From: an uncultured bacterium
GTDB lineage: Bacteria > Acidobacteriota > HRBIN11 > JAKEFK01
Reading direction: 5' to 3'
DNA length: 64,000 bases
Assembly (NCBI GenBank): GCA_963777505.1
Contig: CAVZQN010000003.1
Coordinates: 416,001 to 480,000 of the forward strand
Shown here: piece after piece, positions 48,683 through 58,974 of the stretch
Layout of the letters: each line of letters begins with the position of its first letter
Numbering within the stretch: position 1 is the first letter of the stretch
The notes under the pieces: generated by a model
Databases searched by the model: none
Told to the model about the DNA's origin: nothing
What the model saw: only the letters and a program-made list of their open reading frames with translations
Position numbers and translations under genes: made by a program

Positions 48683-50298
48683 AAAGCCCACCACTCTACC
48701 ATTACGAAACCTGTCGCGAGAACTAAGAACCACGATGCAATGTCTGTCTTTCTTTGAACCAATGATTGACTCGATCCTGACTTTGTAGCGGGACGGCCTG
48801 GTTGAATTGCAGATTCTCCTGCATTTGCAAAGTTTGCATATCCTTCACGTCCTTCAACTTTAAATGGCCCTTCCGTTCGTAAGCCGCCGCCTGTCAATGA
48901 AGCTAAAGATTTTTGTTTGCTTTCTTGAATCCAGTGAAGCGAATTTTGCAGGAATACTGGAAATCCTGCGAGTGAAGGCAGATTGCTGTCTTCTAATGCG
49001 AATGTAAGAATTATTTTTCGCGCATCTTGATCTTCTGTCGCATACACGATAGTTCCGGAGGAAATTTCAACCAGTGAAGTTCCTCCAGGTGGCACTTGAA
49101 CTGCTGCTGCGTTCCGGACTTGCCACGCACCAACATCAACGAATCTCAAAACAGCATGACCATCATTCCAGTTGACAGCCGATGCTGGCGGCGTATCGCC
49201 AGCCTCAAGAAAGTAAATCCCCGATTTTTTCGCGCCATCAATGCTTTGGATCTTTGTTATTTGAAGATCGCTTCCTTCACGAATTTGAACCGATGGCAGA
49301 ATTTCAAGAGCCTTATGCAAAAAGGGATTTTCGTAGTTAAGGTCAACGAGAGCAGGTGTTGAAGGTTCAACGATGAGGACATACTCGTCATCGAGTGCAA
49401 AAATATCCTGAGGTTTTATTTGAATCCGAATTCTTGATGTTTGCTGAACTGTAAGTTCTGCCGTTCGTTCGATTGCCTCGTCCGGCTTCAATTGGATTTC
49501 AAATGCATCGATCACACTTTCATCTGCGTGGAGGCTTACACTTGTAGCAACATTTTGACGTGAAAAATTCTTGATTTGGTAAAGCAACGACTGCTTGTTT
49601 TCTGTACCCGCCAGGGGCTTACACGCGACTCCGATAATGCCCACGTTGTTGCCGCTATTTCCGGCAATGATTGGAACAAAAGGCATGGGATTGATTTGCG
49701 CCGAAGTTAGATTCGCAAAGTCAGAAGCGATAATGATCTGCGGAGGCGGGTTTTCTTTTTGAAGTGGCTCTAAAATTTTTATGAGCTGTCGCCAATCGCC
49801 GGCCACATCTTCAGCTTTCAAAGACTCCAACTTTTCGCGCGCTTGATCAATATTGTTCGTGAATTGTTGAACGATTGAAGTCTCTGAAGAAAAAGCCAGA
49901 ACCAGCACCGTGTCTGAGCCGCGAATTTCGTTTAATCTTTGGATCAACTTATCTTTTGCGTATTCAAAACGTGAAGGACTTACATCCGTCGATTTCATGC
50001 TTGCCGAACAATCCATGACAAGGATCCAGCGACGGCTCAAACTAGCCGGCGATACAAGCTGTGGTCCAGAAAGGATTGATGTGATCAATACTAGAATGAG
50101 CAATTGAAGCATCAACAAAAGACTGCTTCGTAATTTTTGAAATGGTGTCTCAGCGCGCATGTCTTCCAATGCTTGTTTCCATAGCAGCGTGCTTGGAACA
50201 ATGAGTTCGCGTCTGCGGCGTTTTAACAGATAAAGCAGGATGAGGGGAATGCTAAGTGTCAGCAGCCAAAGTGCGGAAGGATTGATAAATTCAATCAC
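48661..50298 (-). CDS. BatA N-terminal plus VWA domain membrane protein
   Basis: PLILLYLLKRRR...PSTLLW, LLMLQL, MIDAS DCSASM, LAGFPVF, C-terminal EWW. Confidence 0.88.
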   Translation of the reverse strand: MIEFINPSALWLLTLSIPLILLYLLKRRRRELIVPSTLLWKQALEDMRAETPFQKLRSSLLLMLQLLILVLITSILSGPQLVSPASLSRRWILVMDCSASMKSTDVSPSRFEYAKDKLIQRLNEIRGSDTVLVLAFSSETSIVQQFTNNIDQAREKLESLKAEDVAGDWRQLIKILEPLQKENPPPQIIIASDFANLTSAQINPMPFVPIIAGNSGNNVGIIGVACKPLAGTENKQSLLYQIKNFSRQNVATSVSLHADESVIDAFEIQLKPDEAIERTAELTVQQTSRIRIQIKPQDIFALDDEYVLIVEPSTPALVDLNYENPFLHKALEILPSVQIREGSDLQITKIQSIDGAKKSGIYFLEAGDTPPASAVNWNDGHAVLRFVDVGAWQVRNAAAVQVPPGGTSLVEISSGTIVYATEDQDARKIILTFALEDSNLPSLAGFPVFLQNSLHWIQESKQKSLASLTGGGLRTEGPFKVEGREGYANFANAGESAIQPGRPATKSGSSQSLVQRKTDIASWFLVLATGFVMVEWWAFHRRVDA

Positions 50299-50892
50299 TT
50301 AAGTCTTTGTGGTTTCGTCTTTTAATACAACCATTTTTTCAAGTAGACGCTCTCGCCGCCGAAGTTGTTCTAAATCATAAGCGATTGCTTCTACCTGGTT
50401 TTTCAATGCGTGATGCTGCAGATGCAGTTTTGTAAGCTCCGAAACAAGATAGTTAATCAAAGTATGAAGGACGCGTATGTAATGAAATGGTTTTTCCAAA
50501 CTTCGAAGAGTCGCAAGATTGAAATTGGCTTGCTCCCGGTTAAAAACAGATTGTTTGTAAATCAGGGCATCTATATTGCCATAAAGTCTGAAAAACGGTT
50601 TAAACCAGTTCCGAAGTTTCATCAAGAACGGCGAATTTGAAGAATAGACAAAGGTATTTAGATCGACGTTGTAATCGGGAGATTCGTAAAAACGGGTGTC
50701 GATTTTTTCGAATTCTAGTTCTTTGTGAAAGAACGTTCGAACTCGATCCGGATTCGGTGGAATATTGAGCTCCATTTTTTGTAATTCTTCGAGCTCATCA
50801 TCTGAGAAAAGTTTTTTACGCTTTTCTTCGATTTCCTTTCGGATCTCTTCTTCGAGTTTCTTGATGTCTACGTCAGCGCCTGTGGAAAACAT
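50299..50892 (-). CDS. Hypothetical coiled-coil protein
   Basis: Helical N- and C-terminal heptads; stop codon abuts the BatA-VWA start. Confidence 0.72.
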   Translation of the reverse strand: MFSTGADVDIKKLEEEIRKEIEEKRKKLFSDDELEELQKMELNIPPNPDRVRTFFHKELEFEKIDTRFYESPDYNVDLNTFVYSSNSPFLMKLRNWFKPFFRLYGNIDALIYKQSVFNREQANFNLATLRSLEKPFHYIRVLHTLINYLVSELTKLHLQHHALKNQVEAIAYDLEQLRRRERLLEKMVVLKDETTKT

Positions 50893-50970
50893 ATTAGTAA
50901 CATCGGAACATAACACATTGTATCGCCTTGCGCAAACTAAAAACGTCAATTTTGCCGAGGTGAAAAATCA

Positions 50971-51891
50971 TCAGTGGCGTACTACTTCAACAGAGCATTG
51001 CGCTCGTGAAGCAATGGCTCCCGAAACACTTCCCATCAAGAAACGTTCAACACGAGTCAGACCGCGTGCACCAACAAAGATCGTATCCGCTGTCCAATTG
51101 TTGGCGAATTCAAGAAGAATAAATTTTGGATCTCCTTCTACAATTGAAGTGGATACGTTTAATCCAGAATTTTGTAATCGTCCTGCTTCTTTTTCAACCA
51201 CGCTTCGGATCCATGCTTCTTCATCGTGATATCCTTCTTGAATCCAGTTTGCAGCATGCGGCAAATATGAAAGCCCTGCTGTAGAAAGACGTGGATCTAA
51301 AACAGCAACAACTCGGATCTGAGTATCTTCAGGCCATTCACGATTTGATACATGTTCCACGGCACGGATCGCGCCAGGTGATCCATCCATAGCGACAATC
51401 AATCTGGTCTCTTTCCTTTGCGGTTGCGGGGCAGGACGGCTAACACGAACGGGGCAATGTGCGTGTGTTACAACTTTCTGCGATACGCTGCCTTGTATTA
51501 ACTTGTCCAGGCCTGATGAACCGTGCGATCCAACAACAATAAGATCAGCATTCCATTGTTCCGCACGGCTGATAATTCCCCACCCAGGCGAATCCGCGAT
51601 CGCTTCACTGTGAATATTCCAGGAAGGAAACATTTTTCTTACGTTCGATGTCGCTGCATTTGCAAGTTGCTTTGCTTGCGCCAATGCTGCTTCGGCCCTG
51701 GCTTTCGCTTTTTCTGCAACATCGTTTAGTTCTTTCGGCAACCCGGTATCAGTTTGTCCGGATGGCGGAAGCCATACGTCAGCAACAGAAAGAGCGATCG
51801 CTTCTACGTTTTGCGGCATTCCTGCGCGCAATAAACTTTTTTGCGCTTCATCAGCAGAAGGTGAACCATCTGTGGCGATTAATATCTTCAT
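50971..51891 (-). CDS. Tandem universal stress protein
   Basis: ILIATDGS, ADLIVVGSHG...GSVS; second domain VAMDGS, FVGARG...MGSVS. Confidence 0.95.
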   Translation of the reverse strand: MKILIATDGSPSADEAQKSLLRAGMPQNVEAIALSVADVWLPPSGQTDTGLPKELNDVAEKAKARAEAALAQAKQLANAATSNVRKMFPSWNIHSEAIADSPGWGIISRAEQWNADLIVVGSHGSSGLDKLIQGSVSQKVVTHAHCPVRVSRPAPQPQRKETRLIVAMDGSPGAIRAVEHVSNREWPEDTQIRVVAVLDPRLSTAGLSYLPHAANWIQEGYHDEEAWIRSVVEKEAGRLQNSGLNVSTSIVEGDPKFILLEFANNWTADTIFVGARGLTRVERFLMGSVSGAIASRAQCSVEVVRH

Positions 51892-51999
51892 GATTACAAT
51901 ATTCTAGCACTTCAATTATTTCTTTCACGACACCTTGATGTAAATAGGTTTAGAAGACGAGATTTTTACGATGGCCTGGATGATGGATCCAAAATGCAA

Positions 52000-52026
52000 T
52001 GGGCGGGTCCAGGACCCGCCCACTAC
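52000..52026 (-). terminator. Hairpin after the S8 protease gene (GTAG-REP-like, probably acting as terminator)
   Basis: Minus strand GTAG-TGGGCGGGTCC-T-GGACCCGCCCA-TTGCATTTT. Confidence 0.6.
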
Positions 52027-52039
52027 TTAAATTACTAGT

Positions 52040-55000
52040 TTAGTTTACTTCAATACGCTGGAACGTACCGGTTCCGCGTCTGAGCTTATATCCAATACTA
52101 CCACCGTTTACAGCAGCACCAGGAGCAAGAGTGATGATATCCACTCCACCTACTGACGCAATGTAATTCGTACCATCGTATCGAATGCGTACTGTGTAGT
52201 CTGTATCGGGGTCAATGTTTAGAACGAATTTCTGTTTCGCAATGACTCTCTTGTTCACGCGATGTTTGAGCACCCAACTATTGGTTTGCTCTCTCATCAA
52301 CAATTCGACCATGTTGTTCTTGTCTTGAACATGGAACAAGAACCACACATAACCGTTGCCTGATGAACGCATCACAGTTTCTGCGTAACAGGTTGTGCAT
52401 CCACCAAAAGCTGGGATTGCGAAAGCTTGAATTTTCTTCGTACTTGATCCGCTCAACGCGTTTCCATCTTCTGACCACTTGGTGATCGTCTTGATGTAGG
52501 TCCAATCCGGATCCACGGTGCTGTCATTAAATTCATCGCAGAACAAGCATTCTGAGTCAACTGAATAGCTCGTTGTGCCTGTGCAATTGTTTGCATCCGT
52601 TGCTGTGATATCGAAATTGAAGCTACCTTCGATTGTTGGTGTTCCAGTAATCTGGCCCGTATTAGCGTCTAACGTTAATCCGGTTGGCAACGATCCGCTT
52701 GTTACTGCGAAGGTGTATGGAGCCGTTCCACCACTTCCTGATACTGTCTGATCATATAAAGATCCTACTGTGCCATTCGGAAGTGTAGCCGGAAGTACTG
52801 TAATCACCGGGCAGTTTATCGTTATTGAGTAGCTGACGGTGCCTGCGCAGCCAAAACTATCTGTTGCCGTGATCATAAAATTCGAAGTGCCCAGAGTAGT
52901 TGGCGTTCCTGTGATCTGTCCTGTGATTGGATTCAAGGTCAAACCATCTGGAAGCGTTCCGCTGCTTACTGTATATGCGTAAGGAGCCGTTCCACCAATA
53001 CCTGATACCGTTTGGTCATACAACACTCCAACTGAGCCATCAGGCAAGGTCGCCGGATTCAAAGTAATCACCGGACACACCATGCTAATGGAATAACTGG
53101 TTACTCCAGCGCAGTTATTCGCGTCTGTTGCTGTGATATCGAAATTGAATGTGCCGGAGGCTGAAGGTATGCCTGTGATTTGTCCCGTATTTGCATTCAG
53201 TGTTAATCCGGTTGGCAGTGTGCCGCTTGTAACTGCAAAAGTATAAGGCGCAGTACCACCGCTTCCTGATACGGTCTGATCATACAACGCTCCCACAATT
53301 CCATTCGGAAGTGTGCCAGGAAGTACTGTGATCGCCGGGCAGTCGATTGTTACGGTATAGCTGGTTGTGCCTGTGCATCCAAAATTATCTGTAGCCGTAA
53401 TATCAAAATTGAAAGGACCCAGAGCTGTTGGTGTTCCAGTAATCTGGCCTGTATTTGCATCAAGTGTTAATCCAGTTGGGAGTGATCCGCTTGTAACTGC
53501 AAAAGTATAAGGCGCAGTACCACCGCTTCCTGATACGGTCTGGTCGTACAACGTTCCCATCGTACCATTCGGAAGTGTGGATGGATTCACCGTAATTGCC
53601 GGACAACCCATTGTGATCGAATAGCTTGTTACGCCTGTGCAGCCATTCGCATCTGTAGCTGTGATATCGAAATTGAATGTGCCAGCTGCTGATGGTGTTC
53701 CGCTGATTTGGCCGGTGTTTGAATCCAGTGTTAATCCATCTGGAAGTGATCCGCTCGTAACTGCAAAAGTATACGGCTCTGCTCCACCGTTTCCTGAAAC
53801 TGTTTGATCGTATGCCGTTCCTACGGTGCCATTCGGCAGCGTAGCAGGAAGTACTGTTACTTCCGGACAGTTGATGTTTACGGTGTAGCTTGTTGTGCCT
53901 GTGCAACCAAAATTATCTGTTGCGGTGATATCAAAATTGAAAGTGCCCAGAGCTGTGGCTGTTCCACTGATCTGGCCAGTATTTGAATCCAGTGTCAATC
54001 CATCTGGAAGTAATCCGCTTGTAACTGCAAAAGTATAAGGTGCAGTTCCACCGCTTCCCGATACAGTTTCGTCATACGACACACCAATGGTGCCATCGGG
54101 CAATGTTGCCGGGTTTACGGTAATTGCAGGACAAGTCATCGTAATCGAATAACTGGTCACTCCGGTACAGGCATTTGCATCAGTTGCTGTGACATCGAAA
54201 TTGAACGTACCAGCAGCTGAAGGTGTTCCTGTGATTTGGCCAGTGCTTGAATTCAAAGTTAAACCATCTGGAAGTGTTCCGCTTGTAACTGCAAACGTAT
54301 AAGGTGCAGTTCCACCACTTCCTGATACCGTTTCATCGTACAAGGTACCAACAGTGCCGCCAGGTAGTGTGCCGGGATTTACTGTGATTACAGGACAACT
54401 AATTGTTACGCTGTAACTTGTAATACCTGTGCAACCAAAACTATCTGTTGCGGTGATATCAAAGTTGAAAGTGCCAAGAGCTGTTGGTGTTCCACTGATC
54501 AGTCCTGTGTTTGAATCCAGATTTAATCCAGTTGGAAGTGATCCGCTTGTAACTGCAAAAGTGTGTGGCGTGGTTCCACCGACTGCTGATACCGTCTCAC
54601 TATATGAGACTCCAATTGTGCCACCAGGTAAGGTTCCTGGATTTACGGTAATTGCAGGACAGGCAATCGTGACCGAATAAGTGTTTACACCTGTACAGTT
54701 ATTAGCATCTGTCGCAGTAATATCGAAACCGAACGTGCCAGATGCTGAAGGTGTGCCGCTAATTTGCCCCGTATTTGTATCGAGCGTTAATCCAGTTGGC
54801 AGTGAGCCGTCCGTAACTGCAAAAGTATAAGGAGCTGCTCCCCCAACACCTGAAACAGTTTGATCATACGAAGTTCCGACAACGCCATCTGACAGAGTTG
54901 CAGGATCCAGGGTAATTTCGGGACAGACAACTGCAATTGAGAAATCCTGTGTACCGCTGCATCCGTTTGCATCGGTAGCTTCAATCGTGAAATTGAATGT

Positions 55001-58000
55001 GCCTAACGCTGTTGCAGGTCCAACAATCTGTCCGGTATTTGGGTTCAGTGATAACCCATCCGGAAGCGCTCCATCAATAAGTGCGAACGTATACGGTTCC
55101 ACTCCGTTGTTGCCTGAAATGGTTTGATCATACGTAGCGCCCAATATTCCATCGGGAAGTGTTGATGGGCTCATCGTTATTTCAGGACAAATGTTTGTAC
55201 AACAATCTGACCCTGTAATGTTCAGAGTCCAACCACTGGCAATAGAGCCGACATCAGACGATCCATCGTCCCGTACGTACAAATTCCAGTCGCCATTCGG
55301 ATCTGTGCCGTTAAACTCAGATAAGGTTGTTGCGTATGGCGGAGGAGGTGCAGGTGCTTGTATCGTGTCGCCCGCTAAGTAATCCGCAGGGCGGAAAGTA
55401 CCTGTCGTTAAAAGAGTGCTGTCGGGAATTGCTGTTGCAGCCGCATCATCAAAAGTTAGATTGGCTAGATTGGCATTTCCGCCGCCGCCGGCTTCTCCCA
55501 TTAGCATCACTTTCTGACCTTGCGGTCCAACCAACATCACATCAACATCATCAGGGAATGTATGCGTAAAGCCGTTCAGTTGAACGGTAACTTTTGCTAC
55601 ACCGCTCGTCATTCCGCTAACGTTAATTGTGGAAGGAAATGGATTTCCGATTGCAACATCAGGAATATTTATAGTTGTCGGATTGCTGAATGAAGTGACG
55701 GAACCAGGAACGCCTGTGGAAAGATTGAAAGACACAGTGCCGAGGTCCGTTGCGCCATCTTGCAAACTAAATGTTGCAACTAAATTCTCGCCGCATACTC
55801 CATTCGAAGTAAATGTAAACTCACGCGAGTCTGCCGGGCCACCTGCGATTAAAGCGCCGTAGCTTTGCGGACCACTCGGTGAAGTAATACCACCTGTTTC
55901 CAGCAGAGTTGCTACTAAATTAGTAGTATCCGCAGTTCCGACATTCTGAAGTTCAAATCCCATCGAAACTGTTTCGCCGGGATCAATCATTCCATTGAAG
56001 GGAACGCAATTTTCATCTGTAATGGTTGTAGCACCGTCAAGAATCACAGGTGCAGCTACCTCAACACAGTTGTAACAAACGAGAGCAAAATCTTGATCGG
56101 TTCCATCGGCATCACCGGGAACGCCATTTCCCGCGATGTTCGTTGCGTTGATATTGATTGTAAATGAACCGGTAGTACCGGCAGGCAGAAAAATGCTTTC
56201 CAGGTTGTCATTTAAATCAGCGGCACCACCAGGGATTGAGTTCGCACCAAGAAATACATTTCCTCTGTACGTATTACCGCCGAGTGTGATGGAAAGATCC
56301 AGGTTATTAACAAATGCGTTACCAGATGTCGGACCCGGAGCATCAGTCCATGCCAGACTTACGCGGAATGGCTTTGTTGGATCCGCAATAACACCTGTAA
56401 GAGTTCTATTTTGTCCGCTGTTATCGAACTCATCGGCTGGAAGTTGATCTCTTAGAATTCGGGCTGTACCATCAAATGAAAGTCCCAAATCCATTTCTCC
56501 AGTGCCTTGAGTGTTCGATGGAAGTGTGTCATTACCACCAGCACCAGTCAGATATCTTGAGGCGTTAGTTAAATAGGCTTTCGTCATTGCAGGGCTTGGC
56601 GGCGTACTTCCATTATTGATGAAATATTGACGGAGAAGTGCCGCGCCTCCTGCTACTGCAGGAGCTGAATGGCTTGTACCGGTAGAGGCGGTCGTCCATT
56701 CCTGGCCGGCTGGGAAGAATTCACTTCCAGCTGTACCAGCGCAAACACTGCTTGCATCAAAGCATGCATTATCGTTTCCATTCGGAAAAGTTAAAGGAGA
56801 TGTCTGAAAAACACCACCCGTAACGTGAGTGCCTGGTGCCATAATGTCAGGTTTTGTCCGGCCATCATCCGTTGGACCACGGCTGGAAAATGATGCCACA
56901 TCATTTGCATTATCAGCAAAAGTATCATCAGCTCCACATCCATCAGCTGCACCGAAAGGATGTACGTTTTCTGCGGCGCCAACACTGATTACATTCTTAC
57001 CAGTAGATGGTGCGCCAACTGTGTTTGCTACAGGACCGGCGTTGCCGGCTGAAAACACAATTACCATTTCTTGATTGCCTGCAACTGCAATAGCAGCTCC
57101 TGTTGGTTGTGCGTCACGAACCAACGCATCATATCTTTGGGAGTCAGAATTGTAGGCTCCATTCGGAGTAGACTGTCCCCAGCTATTATTGCTAATCCGC
57201 ATACCATCGTTATAAGCACGGGACTGAAGGTCCTCATAATCCGGGAACGAAAAAGTACCAGTGAAGATTACGGATGCACCTACTCGAACAAATGGCGCAA
57301 TACCAAGGTTATAGTTGTAACTGGAAGCATCTTCATGTGGAAATCCTGTAAGGTCGTTGTAACCCGCAATGATGTGTGCATTTAGATTCCCATGGCCAAA
57401 ACAACCACGGATCTCACCGAATCCAATATTTGATTCGCGTCTTACATATGCAACGCGGTCAGGATTTGAAGTATTTCCAAGTTGAAAAAGGGCAGGGTTC
57501 GTTGGAGTTGCAGTACCATTATCAACACCATCATCCGTTACATCGACTCCGAAACCGGAAGCCGTGAACTGAGCCTGGGTGAAGCCTTTCGAACTAAGCC
57601 ATGAAAGATAATCGGCAGGTCCGGGATTGTTTCCGCTAAGATTCCCGGTCAGGATTATAGCCTGACGCTCATCATTCAATTTCATGTCAGGAGCAAGTTG
57701 AATGGAAACAACATCAGGCTGTTTCGCAATTTCAAAAACACTCTCTGGATTTAATCGAACCTTAATATTTACATAGCCAAGATCATTAGAATAACTATAA
57801 ATGTCTTCCAATTTTAATTTTTCGATTGTGCTGACGGTCAGACTATTTACTTCAGCATCTTCCACAAGCTGAATCGAATATATATCGGAAGGAAGTTTGC
57901 GGGGCGTTCCTTTTTCATCTACCGGCAAAGCATGACGATGAATCTTATATTCATTTAAGAATGGTCCTTCCCACTGAATAAAATTTTTAGAATGACTGAG

Positions 58001-58498
58001 TGATTGAACGGTTGAGACCGCAGATGGATCTCCGTAAACCAAATATGCGTAGTGAGGAATATATGAAACAATCCGAACGCCAGTGCGAGACAACTGTTCA
58101 TACCATTCATCTTGCGTTGGACCGCTAAACTGAACTAAATGCAGACCCTTTCCACCGAAGTCAGTTTTTGAACCTCGGCTAGCTTGCATTTCAGGTGTAC
58201 GGGTATCAATGTGGCCCGAGTTCAACAAGATTTTGTTCTGATCAAGATTCTTTTTAGAGCCTTCTGCCTGTTCGTCTTTCTTAGCAGTTTCTGTTTTCTT
58301 GATGTTGTTTTGAGCGACCCGCGCCGGGCTTGATTCCTTGATTGAGCCTGGTTTGGATTGATCTGATTTTTTCAGATCCGCTGATTGTGTTTGTTGTTTG
58401 ATCTTCTCTGTCTTTTGTGCACTGCTGGTCATTACAAAAGACGTGACGAAAATCAAAACGATAATAGGCAGTAATACCCTAAAGAACTTGAGCCCCAT
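52040..58498 (-). CDS. Giant secreted S8 subtilase (KP-43-like) with P-domain, ten putative Ig (He_PIG-like) repeats and a C-terminal beta domain
   Basis: Triad motifs DVTDDG, GHGNLNA, GTSHSAP; oxyanion SAGN; LAWTD jelly-roll; HTFPDD P-domain; GSLPTGLTL repeats. Confidence 0.92.
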   Translation of the reverse strand: MGLKFFRVLLPIIVLIFVTSFVMTSSAQKTEKIKQQTQSADLKKSDQSKPGSIKESSPARVAQNNIKKTETAKKDEQAEGSKKNLDQNKILLNSGHIDTRTPEMQASRGSKTDFGGKGLHLVQFSGPTQDEWYEQLSRTGVRIVSYIPHYAYLVYGDPSAVSTVQSLSHSKNFIQWEGPFLNEYKIHRHALPVDEKGTPRKLPSDIYSIQLVEDAEVNSLTVSTIEKLKLEDIYSYSNDLGYVNIKVRLNPESVFEIAKQPDVVSIQLAPDMKLNDERQAIILTGNLSGNNPGPADYLSWLSSKGFTQAQFTASGFGVDVTDDGVDNGTATPTNPALFQLGNTSNPDRVAYVRRESNIGFGEIRGCFGHGNLNAHIIAGYNDLTGFPHEDASSYNYNLGIAPFVRVGASVIFTGTFSFPDYEDLQSRAYNDGMRISNNSWGQSTPNGAYNSDSQRYDALVRDAQPTGAAIAVAGNQEMVIVFSAGNAGPVANTVGAPSTGKNVISVGAAENVHPFGAADGCGADDTFADNANDVASFSSRGPTDDGRTKPDIMAPGTHVTGGVFQTSPLTFPNGNDNACFDASSVCAGTAGSEFFPAGQEWTTASTGTSHSAPAVAGGAALLRQYFINNGSTPPSPAMTKAYLTNASRYLTGAGGNDTLPSNTQGTGEMDLGLSFDGTARILRDQLPADEFDNSGQNRTLTGVIADPTKPFRVSLAWTDAPGPTSGNAFVNNLDLSITLGGNTYRGNVFLGANSIPGGAADLNDNLESIFLPAGTTGSFTININATNIAGNGVPGDADGTDQDFALVCYNCVEVAAPVILDGATTITDENCVPFNGMIDPGETVSMGFELQNVGTADTTNLVATLLETGGITSPSGPQSYGALIAGGPADSREFTFTSNGVCGENLVATFSLQDGATDLGTVSFNLSTGVPGSVTSFSNPTTINIPDVAIGNPFPSTINVSGMTSGVAKVTVQLNGFTHTFPDDVDVMLVGPQGQKVMLMGEAGGGGNANLANLTFDDAAATAIPDSTLLTTGTFRPADYLAGDTIQAPAPPPPYATTLSEFNGTDPNGDWNLYVRDDGSSDVGSIASGWTLNITGSDCCTNICPEITMSPSTLPDGILGATYDQTISGNNGVEPYTFALIDGALPDGLSLNPNTGQIVGPATALGTFNFTIEATDANGCSGTQDFSIAVVCPEITLDPATLSDGVVGTSYDQTVSGVGGAAPYTFAVTDGSLPTGLTLDTNTGQISGTPSASGTFGFDITATDANNCTGVNTYSVTIACPAITVNPGTLPGGTIGVSYSETVSAVGGTTPHTFAVTSGSLPTGLNLDSNTGLISGTPTALGTFNFDITATDSFGCTGITSYSVTISCPVITVNPGTLPGGTVGTLYDETVSGSGGTAPYTFAVTSGTLPDGLTLNSSTGQITGTPSAAGTFNFDVTATDANACTGVTSYSITMTCPAITVNPATLPDGTIGVSYDETVSGSGGTAPYTFAVTSGLLPDGLTLDSNTGQISGTATALGTFNFDITATDNFGCTGTTSYTVNINCPEVTVLPATLPNGTVGTAYDQTVSGNGGAEPYTFAVTSGSLPDGLTLDSNTGQISGTPSAAGTFNFDITATDANGCTGVTSYSITMGCPAITVNPSTLPNGTMGTLYDQTVSGSGGTAPYTFAVTSGSLPTGLTLDANTGQITGTPTALGPFNFDITATDNFGCTGTTSYTVTIDCPAITVLPGTLPNGIVGALYDQTVSGSGGTAPYTFAVTSGTLPTGLTLNANTGQITGIPSASGTFNFDITATDANNCAGVTSYSISMVCPVITLNPATLPDGSVGVLYDQTVSGIGGTAPYAYTVSSGTLPDGLTLNPITGQITGTPTTLGTSNFMITATDSFGCAGTVSYSITINCPVITVLPATLPNGTVGSLYDQTVSGSGGTAPYTFAVTSGSLPTGLTLDANTGQITGTPTIEGSFNFDITATDANNCTGTTSYSVDSECLFCDEFNDSTVDPDWTYIKTITKWSEDGNALSGSSTKKIQAFAIPAFGGCTTCYAETVMRSSGNGYVWFLFHVQDKNNMVELLMREQTNSWVLKHRVNKRVIAKQKFVLNIDPDTDYTVRIRYDGTNYIASVGGVDIITLAPGAAVNGGSIGYKLRRGTGTFQRIEVN
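52550..55189 (-). repeat. Ten intragenic tandem repeats of exactly 264 bp (88 aa)
   Basis: Each begins CP(E/A/V)(I/V)T..P.TL; first repeat Cys at 55189 and C-domain Cys at 52549 are 2640 bp apart. Confidence 0.92.
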
Positions 58499-58628
58499 AT
58501 ATATGTCCCTCCTCGGACTAATGTGTAACGGAAAACTTAATGGAATTTCTCGCGGAGAAAGTGAAGATTGAAACGCGCCCGGATATAGACACCCTGACGC
58601 CTCCCCAAGAGTCCCCCAAACTTAAGAA

Positions 58629-58644
58629 AGCAATATCCATGCCG
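58629..58644 (-). promoter_or_regulatory. Sigma-54 (-24/-12) promoter of the S8 protease gene
   Basis: Minus strand CGGCATGGATATTGCT, GG-N10-GC spacing, about 130 bp before ATG. Confidence 0.7.
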
Positions 58645-58842
58645 ATTCCCTTCTGCTCGAGAGCTTTTTAATGCTGCGGATGCCCAGTGCTTAATTTTTT
58701 GACAAGGCGCGTGCCCGGAAATAATTTTTTGTCGTCAAGAAAAACAAAAAAATAGACATGAATCACCAGACTTTTATCGGTTGATCAAAAACTAAACAGA
58801 ATATGTCAGTCGAAGTGACGTTTTTGAGCGCTTTCTAAGTAC

Positions 58843-58858
58843 TAATACTATAGTATTA
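58843..58858. promoter_or_regulatory. Perfect 16-bp palindrome, candidate operator
   Basis: TAATACTATAGTATTA in the divergent intergenic region. Confidence 0.45.
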
Positions 58859-58974
58859 ATCTCGTCGTAATCATCTTTTTTCAGTTACAATGAGACAATC
58901 CTGCATCTGAAAGAAGGAAACTTTTCCTGGATGGTTCTCGTCTGATACACTCAATGGATTGCTAGGAATAAGAA

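Noticed and set aside
52550-55189. CRISPR array or non-coding repeat
   Set aside because: 264-bp in-frame coding repeats with synonymous variation; no spacers and no cas genes
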